NCBI GenBank assembly: GCA_964465185.1
Contig: CAYXKX010000001.1
Coordinates: 107,613-171,612 of the forward strand
DNA: 64,000 nucleotides
Reading direction: 5' to 3'
From: an uncultured Chitinophagaceae bacterium
GTDB lineage: Bacteria > Bacteroidota > Bacteroidia > Chitinophagales > JADJOU01
A program made the translations under genes and the position numbers. This document shows positions 46,172 through 55,406 of the stretch, piece after piece. The notes beneath the pieces were generated by a model. The model was not told the origin of the DNA, searched no databases, and was given only the letters and a program-made list of their open reading frames with translations. Each line of letters starts with the position of its first letter. Within the stretch, counting starts at the first letter, position 1.

Positions 46172-46590
46172 CAGTCCAATTCGGTCAGTATAAAATTCAG
46201 TTTAAGACACAGGATCAATCCAAAGTTATTTATGATATTGTGCGAAAAAAATGGGTTGTAGCGAGTCCTGAAGAAGAGGTTCGACAGTTGTGGTTGCATT
46301 ATTTGACCGAAACTAAGCAGATTTCAATTAGTAAAATAGCCGTAGAGAAGGGTTTTTATATTAATGAGCGATTAAAGCGATTTGATATTTGCGTGTATGA
46401 TGAGGCAGCAAAACCGTCTATACTCATAGAATGTAAGGCTCCACAGAAGAAACTGGACAGCAGTGTGATGGAACAATTGGCACGCTATAACTTGAATCTC
46501 GGGGCGAACACTTTTATCATAACCAATGGGATATCTCACTTAGGGGTCACTAAGGAGAATAACAAACTAACTGAGCTCGAATTGTTTTGA
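46168..46590 (+). CDS. Stand-alone HsdR_N-type (PD-(D/E)xK nuclease fold) domain protein
   Basis: Contains IYDIVRKKWVVASPEEEVRQ and RFDICVY....PSILIECKAP, which fits the type I restriction enzyme R N-terminal domain family. ATGA overlap with the upstream TPR gene. Confidence 0.7.
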   Translation: MTVQFGQYKIQFKTQDQSKVIYDIVRKKWVVASPEEEVRQLWLHYLTETKQISISKIAVEKGFYINERLKRFDICVYDEAAKPSILIECKAPQKKLDSSVMEQLARYNLNLGANTFIITNGISHLGVTKENNKLTELELF

Positions 46591-46591
46591 T

Positions 46592-47653
46592 ATGAAGTCA
46601 ATTTCCCATTATCAAGTGTTTAGAGAATCGACTACAAACATAGCGCAGGTAGATAGCTGGACGGAGCTATCCGCTATAGTGAGTGAAGGCTATTCTAAAG
46701 TCATCTGGGTGATAGATAGTAAAATCAGGCATCTTATTCCATTTAATCCTTCAGACCTTGTCATAGAGATAAATGGCGGAGATGAGGGTAAGAGTTTAGA
46801 GGTTTTTTATTGGCTCGTCGGTCAATTTGCAGATCAAGAGCTTGATAGGAAGGGGCATGTAGTGATTATAGGTGGGGGATCAGTATCTGATTTAGCAGGC
46901 TTTGCCGCGTCGGTTTATTTAAGAGGAGTTTCGTTTTCCATTGTGCCCAGCACACTTCTGAGTCTGATAGACGCGAGTATAGGGGGCAAGAATGGGGTTA
47001 ATTTCAGACAGTTCAAAAATCAATTAGGTACGATTCATCAGCCAAAGTCCATTTACTATTTTCCAGAAATTTTAAATCAGCTCCCACCAGAAGAAATGGC
47101 AGATGGATTTGCAGAGATCATTAAGTATGGATTGATCCTAGATGCTGGTCTTTTTCAAGAACTATCAAACCAGAATTTGCATGAGATCATGATTGATAAA
47201 GCTAGTTTGCAAAAGATAATCTATCGTTGTATAATACATAAATCTTCTATAGTAAAGGAGGATCCATTTGAAGAGAACAAAAGACGCATTTTGAATTTTG
47301 GACATACTGTGGGACATGCCATAGAATCTATCTACGGCTTGTCTCATGGAAAATCGGTAGGTCTAGGGATGCTATTTGCTGCCAAAATGTCTGAAAGCTA
47401 TTACCATATAAATCTAGGTTTTACAGGTCAAATTCAAAAAGTGCTCGGTCAATATAAATTACCGATAGGTATAGAAAGCTTTTCCGCTATGGCTATTTAT
47501 GAGAAAATAAAGGCAGATAAAAAACGCGAAGGAGATACTATTTTCTTCATTTTAGTAAAAGAGCTAGGGAAAGCTAGTATAGAAAAAATGAGTTTAGAAA
47601 AACTGAAGGAGTATCTCATTAAAGCTGAGAAAGAGAAATGGATGTTATCTTAA
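46592..47653 (+). CDS. aroB: 3-dehydroquinate synthase
   Basis: Contains GGGSVSDLAGFAAS, IGGKNGVN and NFGHTVGHAIE motifs. 353 aa. Confidence 0.85.
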   Translation: MKSISHYQVFRESTTNIAQVDSWTELSAIVSEGYSKVIWVIDSKIRHLIPFNPSDLVIEINGGDEGKSLEVFYWLVGQFADQELDRKGHVVIIGGGSVSDLAGFAASVYLRGVSFSIVPSTLLSLIDASIGGKNGVNFRQFKNQLGTIHQPKSIYYFPEILNQLPPEEMADGFAEIIKYGLILDAGLFQELSNQNLHEIMIDKASLQKIIYRCIIHKSSIVKEDPFEENKRRILNFGHTVGHAIESIYGLSHGKSVGLGMLFAAKMSESYYHINLGFTGQIQKVLGQYKLPIGIESFSAMAIYEKIKADKKREGDTIFFILVKELGKASIEKMSLEKLKEYLIKAEKEKWMLS

Positions 47654-48921
47654 AGTCATGTCAGAAACTCTCGGGGGTTTTATCAGTGCCACCGTCTAAA
47701 AGCTATGGTCAACGAGCGCTTGCGGCTTCTTTTTTAATACCAAATTTAGAAATTTTAAATTTGGGTAAATCCGCAGATGAGCTCGCAGTTCTGGACATAA
47801 TTATATCTTCGGGAGCAGAACTAGTCTGGAGTGGAGAGACGCACTTAGTCATTCAGTCATCGTTTGATTTTACCAAAGATATAACCATCCATTGCCACGA
47901 ATCGGGACTCTGTGCTAGATTATTTTTGGGCCTTATGCTCCTAAATCAGGGAAAAACTATAGTTAAGGGAGCCGGCAGTCTGCTTCATCGGCCAATGAAT
48001 TCCCTTTATCCAGTATTTGATCAATTGGGCCTAGACTACCAAGGACAGCAAAATCATTTGCCTATTGCTTATCAGGGGAATAGACGTGCCATAGATTTGG
48101 AAATAGATGGTTCTATAAGTTCCCAGTTTATTTCAGGATTGCTTTATTCCCTAGTTGGGCTCCATCATGAGCAGGTATTAAGGCTAGGGATTAAAAATTT
48201 GAAGAGTAAACCCTATCTTGATATGACTATTGACATACTTCGGGGTCTAGGGGCAAGTATCGACTGGATTGAAGGAGGCTTGCAAGTGAGTCCATCCAAT
48301 TTAAAGACTAAAGCCTCCATTCTGGTGGAGGGAGATTGGAGTTCGGCTGCTTTTTGGATAGTAGCAGCAGCTATTAGCGGCGATATCACTCTACAAGGTT
48401 TAAACCCGAATAGTCTGCAGGCGGATCTAAAAATTTTGGATATAGTCAAAGAATTCGGCGCCAAACTCAATTGGGAAAAGGGTTCATTAAGGATTCAATC
48501 AGATCTTCATAGGCCGTTCACTGCAGACCTAAGGGATGCTCCAGATTTGGCTCCAATCCTCACGGTGCTTGCCATTTTCGCAGAGGGGGAAAGTAAACTG
48601 ATGGGGGTGGATAGGCTGGTTCACAAAGAAAGTAATCGCTTAATTGGTATACTAAATTGGTTAGAATTGTTGCAGATTCACTACACTTTAGAAGAAGACA
48701 GTTTAATGATTTTTGGAAAATCAAAATTAAATTTAGCTGTTGAAAGAATGAATGACATTGAGTTTGAGTCGAATGGTGATCATCGTATGGCCATGGCTGC
48801 CAGTGTATTGGCATTATTTTTGATAGGAGGTAAGGTGAAAGGTTGCCAGACCGTTCAAAAATCTTATCCGGACTTTTATCCAGACTTAGAAAAATTGGGC
48901 GGTCTTTTTAAATTTAAATAA
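47638..48921 (+). CDS. aroA: 3-phosphoshikimate 1-carboxyvinyltransferase (EPSP synthase)
   Basis: Contains PPSKSYGQRAL, SSQFISGLL, DAPDLAPI, KESNRL, DHRMAMA and KSYPDF, which correspond to conserved AroA catalytic residues. It overlaps aroB by 16 nt. Confidence 0.85.
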   Translation: MDVILKSCQKLSGVLSVPPSKSYGQRALAASFLIPNLEILNLGKSADELAVLDIIISSGAELVWSGETHLVIQSSFDFTKDITIHCHESGLCARLFLGLMLLNQGKTIVKGAGSLLHRPMNSLYPVFDQLGLDYQGQQNHLPIAYQGNRRAIDLEIDGSISSQFISGLLYSLVGLHHEQVLRLGIKNLKSKPYLDMTIDILRGLGASIDWIEGGLQVSPSNLKTKASILVEGDWSSAAFWIVAAAISGDITLQGLNPNSLQADLKILDIVKEFGAKLNWEKGSLRIQSDLHRPFTADLRDAPDLAPILTVLAIFAEGESKLMGVDRLVHKESNRLIGILNWLELLQIHYTLEEDSLMIFGKSKLNLAVERMNDIEFESNGDHRMAMAASVLALFLIGGKVKGCQTVQKSYPDFYPDLEKLGGLFKFK

Positions 48922-48927
48922 AAACAT

Positions 48928-49566
48928 GTGAGACCCTGTGTAATTGTTACAGAAAGCAATATAAAGCGTGCTATTTCTATAGCTGAGAAATTTAGCATAG
49001 CAGAGATACGAATGGACATATGTCAATTTAGATCTCAATATTTATCTGAGATTTTTTCTTTGCCAATAGAAACCATAGCGACATACCGAGAAGCAGACTC
49101 TACGAATGCCAGCGTTCAAAAAATGGAGCAATTAAAAAAAGCCATAAGCGCAGGAGCAACTTATATAGACGTAGAGCTGACGCTAAATAATCAGCAAAGG
49201 GACGATTTGATTTCATTTGCCAAAGGATATGGCGCCAAGGTGATTATTTCCTATCATAATTTTGATAAAACCCCCTCTCGAAACGAACTAAAAGAAATCA
49301 TAGATCAGTCTAGGCAAATAGGGGCGGATATTGTGAAGATAGCAACCAAAGTCAATTTTAGAGATGATTGTCTTAATCTCTTGAATTTATATCAAGGAGA
49401 AGAAAATTTAGTTGCGTTTGGGATGGGAGAAGACGCTAAATTTACTAGGATAACTTCATTGTTTCTCGGTGCTCCTTTTACCTATGTGCACTACATTAGT
49501 GGCAATAAGACCGCAGAAGGGCAAATCGGTTATAAAGAATTTGAGGCGATTATAGAGAATCTTTAA
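48928..49566 (+). CDS. aroD: Type I 3-dehydroquinate dehydratase
   Basis: Contains YIDVEL, ISYHNFDKTP (catalytic His region) and DIVKIATK (Schiff-base Lys region). GTG start, with the first in-frame ATG 28 codons in. Confidence 0.75.
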   Translation: MRPCVIVTESNIKRAISIAEKFSIAEIRMDICQFRSQYLSEIFSLPIETIATYREADSTNASVQKMEQLKKAISAGATYIDVELTLNNQQRDDLISFAKGYGAKVIISYHNFDKTPSRNELKEIIDQSRQIGADIVKIATKVNFRDDCLNLLNLYQGEENLVAFGMGEDAKFTRITSLFLGAPFTYVHYISGNKTAEGQIGYKEFEAIIENL

Positions 49567-50506
49567 GGCCAGAATATTGTTTTCTAACCTCCGTCATCAT
49601 AACCTCCACTAAAGCCGAAAGATTATATTTTGGCTGCCAGCCCCAGTCTTTTTTTGCTTCAGAATCATCAATACTTGCAGGCCAGGATGCTGCTATGGCT
49701 TGGCGAAAATCAGGGTTGTATTCAATTTTAAAGTTTGGGTTTCGTTTTTGAATTTCTGTGGCAATCTCAATAGGAGAAAAACTCATACCAGCCAGATTAT
49801 AACTCGTTCTTATTTTTATAGCTTCCTTCGGAGCCCGCATGATATCAATCGTGGCATTGATGCAGTCATCCATATAAATCATCGGAAGTTTGGTATGTTC
49901 TGATAGGAAACAATTGAAAACCTCATTTTTCGCTTCGGCATGGAATATATCCACCGCATAGTCTGTGGTACCTCCACCAGCCAATGATTGATAACCTATA
50001 ACACCCGGATAGCGAACGGAGCGCACGTCTAATCCATATTTAGTAAAATAATATTCCGCCCACAACTCACCAGCTACTTTACTGATACCATAGACTGTGG
50101 CGGGCACCAGAGGCACATGATTAGGGCTGCTTTCCAAAGGGATATGCTGACCAAATACAGCAATCGTGCTCGGGTAGAAGACCTTTTCTACCTTAAATTT
50201 AACTCCAGATTCAAAGACATTAAACAGTCCTCCCATATTGATATCCCAAGCCCATTTAGGATTTTGTTCTCCACGAGCAGATAAGATAGCCGCCAAATGA
50301 TATATTTCTGAGATTTTGTTCTTTTCAATAAATGCTTCTAACCCTGCTTTGTCCATCACATCTAGTCCTGAAATTCCCTTCTCCGTATTCTCTTTTAAAT
50401 CAGTAGGAAATACCGAAGAGGCTCCATAAATTTCTTTTAGCTTTTCAACCAAAACGGTTCCTATCTGACCTCCTGCACCTATAACGAGAATATTTTGCTG
50501 ACTCAT
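49550..50506 (-). CDS. NAD-dependent epimerase/dehydratase-family protein, probably an SDR-type L-threonine 3-dehydrogenase
   Basis: Contains ILVIGAGGQIGTVLVEKL and YGISK (YxxxK). Its length and N-terminus resemble the epimerase-like TDHs of Flavobacteriia. The ATG at 50506 is preferred. Confidence 0.65.
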   Translation of the reverse strand: MSQQNILVIGAGGQIGTVLVEKLKEIYGASSVFPTDLKENTEKGISGLDVMDKAGLEAFIEKNKISEIYHLAAILSARGEQNPKWAWDINMGGLFNVFESGVKFKVEKVFYPSTIAVFGQHIPLESSPNHVPLVPATVYGISKVAGELWAEYYFTKYGLDVRSVRYPGVIGYQSLAGGGTTDYAVDIFHAEAKNEVFNCFLSEHTKLPMIYMDDCINATIDIMRAPKEAIKIRTSYNLAGMSFSPIEIATEIQKRNPNFKIEYNPDFRQAIAASWPASIDDSEAKKDWGWQPKYNLSALVEVMMTEVRKQYSGLKDSL

Positions 50507-50566
50507 GTGAATTGTTTGATGCAAAGTTATAAAAATAAACTAATCATTAAAAAATGAGTCAAACAA

Positions 50567-51043
50567 TTATGCTTCTTTCCACTTCCCAAACTCTTTTTCT
50601 ACTGCCGTAAATCTGAAATCAAAAATAGTTTTCAATTGTCCTTTGATCAATATATTATTCGCAATGGCTCCAAGAATTCCGAATGGAGGCTTGTAAGAGA
50701 TAATATCTTCCATGAGGACGCCACCTTCTATGGGAGTTAATCTATGTTGATGGTGCCAGATAGCATAAGGGCCGACGCGCTGTTCATCGACAAAATATTC
50801 CTTGTCTTGGACCTGCGTGATTTCTGTGACCCAATCCATCGGTATACCCAAAATCGGAGATACTTTATATGCGATAATCATGCCAGCATACATTTTTTCT
50901 GCTATAGGTTCATTCGTTATTTGAAAACCCATATGCTCGGGGGTTATTTTCTTCAAATTTCTAGGGGATGAAATAAAATCCCAAACTCTATCTAAACTCG
51001 CCGGAATGTGTTGATTTGTTTTCAATTGATAAATGGCTGCCAT
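50567..51043 (-). CDS. SRPBCC-superfamily (START/Bet v1-like) protein
   Basis: 158 aa. The pattern VWDFISSPRNL..ITP......V....GPY..W.H.H.F is typical of this family, but the assignment is from memory. Confidence 0.55.
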   Translation of the reverse strand: MAAIYQLKTNQHIPASLDRVWDFISSPRNLKKITPEHMGFQITNEPIAEKMYAGMIIAYKVSPILGIPMDWVTEITQVQDKEYFVDEQRVGPYAIWHHQHRLTPIEGGVLMEDIISYKPPFGILGAIANNILIKGQLKTIFDFRFTAVEKEFGKWKEA

Positions 51044-51047
51044 ATTC

Positions 51048-51734
51048 TTATTTTTTTAAAGTTGAAATTCCACCATCCATATGAATGATCTGTCCTGTCA
51101 TCCATGATGATTTATCGCTGAGGAGAAACGCAGCGAGCTCTGCTACGTCTTGCGGCTGACCTATTCTGCCCAGTGGATGTCTTTGGCTATTAGCCGCTAT
51201 TTTTTCTTCGGTATTGAGCAATGCCGCGGCTAAAGGAGTCTGGGTTATCGATGGCGCTATACAATTGACACGAATCTTTGGCGATAATTCAGCGGCTAAG
51301 GCCTTTGTAAGCCCCTCAATAGCGCCCTTACTTGCCGATACTAAGCTATGGAAAGTAAACCCTGTTTGTACAGCTACGGTAGAAAATAAAACGATAGAAG
51401 CACAGGAGGATTGTTTCAATCTAGGTAAAACATCTTGAATGACTTTGACCGATCCTAATACTTGTAGTTGATAGTCTAAAATGAAATCTTCTTCGGTAAA
51501 GCGATGAAAAGGCTTTAGCTGAATACTACCCACGCAGTATGCAAGTCCATCAATAACTTCAGGCAATTTATCGAGATTGAGTTTATCACTAGCTTCATGA
51601 TAGAAATAATTTATTGCAGGGTGAGCTAGCTCTGTCTTACAAAATGTAGCAAAGACGTTTGAGTTTTCTGAAAGAATTTCAGCGAGCGATTTCCCTATGC
51701 CAGAGGATCCGCCTATGATTAGATAGTTTGTCAT
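51048..51734 (-). CDS. Short-chain dehydrogenase/reductase (SDR)
   Basis: Contains IIGGSSGIG (TGxxxGxG-like), the SASKGA region (YxxxK replaced by S..K context) and NCIAPS. 228 aa. Confidence 0.75.
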   Translation of the reverse strand: MTNYLIIGGSSGIGKSLAEILSENSNVFATFCKTELAHPAINYFYHEASDKLNLDKLPEVIDGLAYCVGSIQLKPFHRFTEEDFILDYQLQVLGSVKVIQDVLPRLKQSSCASIVLFSTVAVQTGFTFHSLVSASKGAIEGLTKALAAELSPKIRVNCIAPSITQTPLAAALLNTEEKIAANSQRHPLGRIGQPQDVAELAAFLLSDKSSWMTGQIIHMDGGISTLKK

Positions 51735-51969
51735 TACACTAGGGTTCTTTTTTAATGATTACAAAGCAGAAAAGTAAAGTAAAATTGTGAGCTAAGTTTT
51801 CTCCTAGGATTATTGTAATTACCCTTTTCTTTCATTTTTTTCTTTAGAGAACTCGGCTATTAGCTTATGAACAGTAGAAGAAAGAAACATAGGAAAAGGA
51901 TAACTCAATAAAACAATATAAATGAAAAAAAACTATAATACGAAAGAAAAAGAATTAGGAGTTTAAACC

Positions 51970-52425
51970 TCATCTGTTTTTATAAGCCTCTTTAAAATAA
52001 TGAAAAGGCACCCATAACATGCCAAAACATTCTCCTTCCTCTGGCCCCAAATGGGAATGGTGTTTTCTATGAGCCTTTTGCAGCGCTTTGAAGTAGAAGA
52101 ACTTTTGTGTCCAATTGGAAAATAGCCTTTTGTGAATGATGATTTCATGCACAATCACATAGGATATTCCATAAGTTAAAATGCCGAGACTAATATAAAT
52201 ACAAAACCCCATGCCTTCGATAGTAGTTCCAATGTAAAAAAGGCTCATTGAGATGATGGCAAAAAAGACAAAAAACCAATCATTTTTTTCCATGAACTTA
52301 GATTTATTTTTATTGTGATGGTCATAGTGCAAATTCCATAGGAGACCATGCATGATAAATTTATGCGTGCACCAAGTCACCCCTTCCATAGCTATATAGG
52401 TGGTTAAAAAAACGAGTATATTCAT
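51970..52425 (-). CDS. crtZ: Beta-carotene 3-hydroxylase
   Basis: 151 aa. His boxes HKFIMHG, HYDHH, HEIIIHKR and HRKHH, plus TM helices of the fatty-acid-hydroxylase fold. ATGA overlap with the upstream ORF. Confidence 0.8.
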   Translation of the reverse strand: MNILVFLTTYIAMEGVTWCTHKFIMHGLLWNLHYDHHNKNKSKFMEKNDWFFVFFAIISMSLFYIGTTIEGMGFCIYISLGILTYGISYVIVHEIIIHKRLFSNWTQKFFYFKALQKAHRKHHSHLGPEEGECFGMLWVPFHYFKEAYKNR

Positions 52426-52880
52426 AATTTCTTTAGATTTAGTAATTGGATTTTGGAGTATAATGATTCATCCTTTTTTTTGTTTTGTTCATTTTCGAGG
52501 TAGATAATCATCATCTTTTTATCTTCTTCTAGGTTATTATATTTAAGTCCCTTTGGTATTTTAACTTGAATTTCATACCGAAAAAATCTCAGCTCCACAC
52601 GATCTGGTTCGCTCACAATGGCTTTTTCTAATGTTTTCTTTCCCTTAAAGAAGTATTTGAGTTTGGTCCAAGGCATAGACGCGTGGTTTGATTTCATCAT
52701 GTAGGCTACAGCGAGGTAGCCTTGATTTTTCTCATTTGTATTCTTTTCTAATTTGGCAATTAACTGATCGGCAAATTCTTCATTTTTCCAGGCTAGGTCA
52801 AGTTCTTGCCTGATTGCCTCATTCCCCTTGATTGGAAAGCTAAATGCAAAAAATAATAATGCAATTATCAATTGTTTCAT
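52422..52880 (-). CDS. Hypothetical secreted protein embedded in the carotenoid operon
   Basis: Signal peptide MKQLIIALLFFAFSFPIKG. 152 aa, helical and Lys/Glu-rich, with no known Crt motif. ATGA start/stop overlaps with both crtB and crtZ. Confidence 0.55.
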   Translation of the reverse strand: MKQLIIALLFFAFSFPIKGNEAIRQELDLAWKNEEFADQLIAKLEKNTNEKNQGYLAVAYMMKSNHASMPWTKLKYFFKGKKTLEKAIVSEPDRVELRFFRYEIQVKIPKGLKYNNLEEDKKMMIIYLENEQNKKKDESLYSKIQLLNLKKL

Positions 52881-53818
52881 CTTATGGCTATATTTAACTT
52901 TCGCATAAAAATAACTTTGAATGCTAAGAATAGTTTAGTAAAATTACTTACGCTGGCTCTTTGTTTTAACAAAACACTGGTTGGCATTTGTTTTATTTTG
53001 GCAGCCAAAGTTCTGTAGTATTTGTAGGCTAAATATACCCCAAATCTCGCTTTAAAAGGAAGATTTTTTATTCCTTCGAACGCTATTTCAAATTCTTGTT
53101 CTATTTCTGCTATTAATTCGTTTTTCGTGTTATCATCAAATTTAGTTAGGTTGAGACTAGGAAAATAAATCCGCCCCAATTGTATAGAATCTTCTTTAAT
53201 ATCTCTTAGGAAATTAATTTTCTGAAAAGCAGACCCAAGCTTCATTGCTTGTGGTCGCAGACGAATATATTCTTCCATATTGCCATTGACAAACACATAA
53301 AGGCACATAAGACCAACTACCTCAGCAGACCCATAGATATATGTATCATACGAAGATTTATCATGTTCTTTTGCCTCCAAATCCATGCGCATACTGTAAA
53401 GAAAAGCTTCTATAAGTTTTTTGTCAATATTATAGGCATGCACCGCTGCCTGGAAACTATTTAGTACGGGATTGGTGGATATTTTGCGCTCTATACTTTT
53501 ATAGGTGTCCTCTTCAAATTCGTCTATAAGTTTTTTTTTATCATAACCATGAAAACTATCAACTATCTCATCAGCCACACGTACGAAGCCATAGATTTGG
53601 TATATAGCATTTCGTATGGATTTATCCAAACACAATATCCCGATAGAAAAACTGGTACTATATTTTTTAGTGATATTTTTTGCCGTTAGATCTGAAATCT
53701 CATCAAAGTGAGATTTTGAACTTGTCAGTTCTATATTATGGCTAGATGTAGGCATTATTAACGGTTTTTCCTCAATAACTGTTTCTATCGTTAGGGATTC
53801 GTTTAAAGATAGTGTCAT
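52877..53818 (-). CDS. crtB: Phytoene synthase
   Basis: Squalene/phytoene synthase motifs: YSTSFSIGI, IYGFVRVADEIVD (Asp-rich 1) and NFLRDIKED (Asp-rich 2 region). Confidence 0.85.
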   Translation of the reverse strand: MTLSLNESLTIETVIEEKPLIMPTSSHNIELTSSKSHFDEISDLTAKNITKKYSTSFSIGILCLDKSIRNAIYQIYGFVRVADEIVDSFHGYDKKKLIDEFEEDTYKSIERKISTNPVLNSFQAAVHAYNIDKKLIEAFLYSMRMDLEAKEHDKSSYDTYIYGSAEVVGLMCLYVFVNGNMEEYIRLRPQAMKLGSAFQKINFLRDIKEDSIQLGRIYFPSLNLTKFDDNTKNELIAEIEQEFEIAFEGIKNLPFKARFGVYLAYKYYRTLAAKIKQMPTSVLLKQRASVSNFTKLFLAFKVIFMRKLNIAIR

Positions 53819-53822
53819 AAGT

Positions 53823-55307
53823 TTAGTTTTTGAGGGTTAAATAATTGTGAAGTTCTTTTGCTACAATTTTCCCTGAGATAATAGATGGAGGCACACCTGG
53901 TCCTGGTACGGTTAACTGTCCAGTGTAGAACAAATTTTTTACTTTTTTGTTTTTTACTTTTGGTTTTAAAAAAGCAGTTTGCATCAAGGTATTGGCGAGT
54001 CCGTAAGCATTTCCTTTGTATGAATTATATTCTTCTACAAAGTTATTAGCAGTAAACTGTTTTTTGAAAATGATGTGTGGCAGAACAGATTCTCCAGTAT
54101 ACTTTTCAATGCGTTTGATAATTGTAGTAAAATAATGATCTAACATCGTATTGTCTTCTTGGAGCTGTATAGCATGTGGTATAAGTATAAAGAGGTTTTC
54201 ACAATTTTCTGGAGCAACTGATTTGTCAGTTTTCGATGGACAGCATACATAGAACAGCGGATCTTTGGTCCATTGGGGCTTTTCGTATATGTCCGTTGCA
54301 TGTGCATGATAGTCAGTATCAAAGAAAAGATTATGGTGGATTAGTTTGTCAATTTTTTTATTGAGTCCCAGATAGAATAACACGGAAGATGGAGCGAAGA
54401 CTCTCTTTTCCCAGTAGTCTTCATCATAGTTTCTATATTTTGGTTCCAATAGGTTCATTTCTGTATGGTGATAATCCGCAGCAGAAAGGACGGCATCAAA
54501 TGCAATAAGCGTCGAATTTATTTTTACTCCACGGGTCATATTCCCGTCGATTTCTATTTTCTCAATCGGTGAACTAGTAATTATTTCTACGCCCAAGCTT
54601 TTAGCTAAGTCAGACATGGCTTCTACAATTTTTACCATACCTCCATCAGGATAATAGGTTCCCTGCACCATGGCAGCATAATTCATAATGCTGTAAAGTG
54701 CAGGGATTTTATCTGCCATAGCTCCTAGAAAAATGACGGGGAACTCTACAATTTGTCTTAATTTTTCACTTTTAAACAATGCACGGACTTCGTAGCTGAG
54801 CGGACTAAATAAATTTGTCTTGATTACTTCTTTAATAATATCCCACCGTATGAATTCTGATACACTATGACATGGCTTGAATACAAGATCCGTCATACTT
54901 ATATTGTATTTGTATTCAGCATTTTTTAAAAACTTTTTCAGTTTGTTTCCGCTCCCAATTTCAATATTCTCAAAGGACTTTAGTTGTTCTACAGGATCAT
55001 TCACCATCATAAAAGTAGAGGCGTCGTTAAAAATGATTTGAAATCCAGGAGAAAGTTTTAGCAAATTATAATAATCACTGGTCTTTTTTCCGAAATCTGC
55101 GAAGAATCGATCAAAAACATCTGGCATCCAATACCAGCTTGGCCCCATATCGTATTTAAACCCATCCTGTTCAAACATCCTAGCTCGTCCACCAACGGCT
55201 TCATTTTTCTCAAATATGGTAACGAGATGCCCCTTTTGTGCTAGGTAGCAAGCCGCGCTCAAACCAGAGAAACCAGAACCTATGATAGCAATTTTCTTTT
55301 TTGACAT
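53823..55307 (-). CDS. crtI: Phytoene desaturase
   Basis: FAD-binding site IAIIGSGFSGLSAA. Length 494 aa. C-terminal TGQLTVPGPGVP motif typical of CrtI. Confidence 0.85.
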   Translation of the reverse strand: MSKKKIAIIGSGFSGLSAACYLAQKGHLVTIFEKNEAVGGRARMFEQDGFKYDMGPSWYWMPDVFDRFFADFGKKTSDYYNLLKLSPGFQIIFNDASTFMMVNDPVEQLKSFENIEIGSGNKLKKFLKNAEYKYNISMTDLVFKPCHSVSEFIRWDIIKEVIKTNLFSPLSYEVRALFKSEKLRQIVEFPVIFLGAMADKIPALYSIMNYAAMVQGTYYPDGGMVKIVEAMSDLAKSLGVEIITSSPIEKIEIDGNMTRGVKINSTLIAFDAVLSAADYHHTEMNLLEPKYRNYDEDYWEKRVFAPSSVLFYLGLNKKIDKLIHHNLFFDTDYHAHATDIYEKPQWTKDPLFYVCCPSKTDKSVAPENCENLFILIPHAIQLQEDNTMLDHYFTTIIKRIEKYTGESVLPHIIFKKQFTANNFVEEYNSYKGNAYGLANTLMQTAFLKPKVKNKKVKNLFYTGQLTVPGPGVPPSIISGKIVAKELHNYLTLKN

Positions 55308-55333
55308 GGTCTAAAGTTAGTTCTTTAGTGATA

Positions 55334-55341
55334 CAAATATA
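55334..55341 (-). promoter_or_regulatory. Candidate -7 promoter box (TATATTTG on the minus strand) for the crtI operon
   Basis: The plus strand reads CAAATATA, an exact TAnnTTTG on the minus strand, 26 nt upstream of the crtI ATG at 55307. Confidence 0.35.
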
Positions 55342-55406
55342 CGGAAATTAAATAATAGGACGAATTTATTATAAAAGATATAATTTAGCACAAAATTGTA
55401 CTAATT

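Noticed and set aside
51963-52154. 63-aa ORF overlapping crtZ in another frame
   Set aside because: It is entirely contained within crtZ, which has all four His boxes, so this is an alternative-frame artefact.
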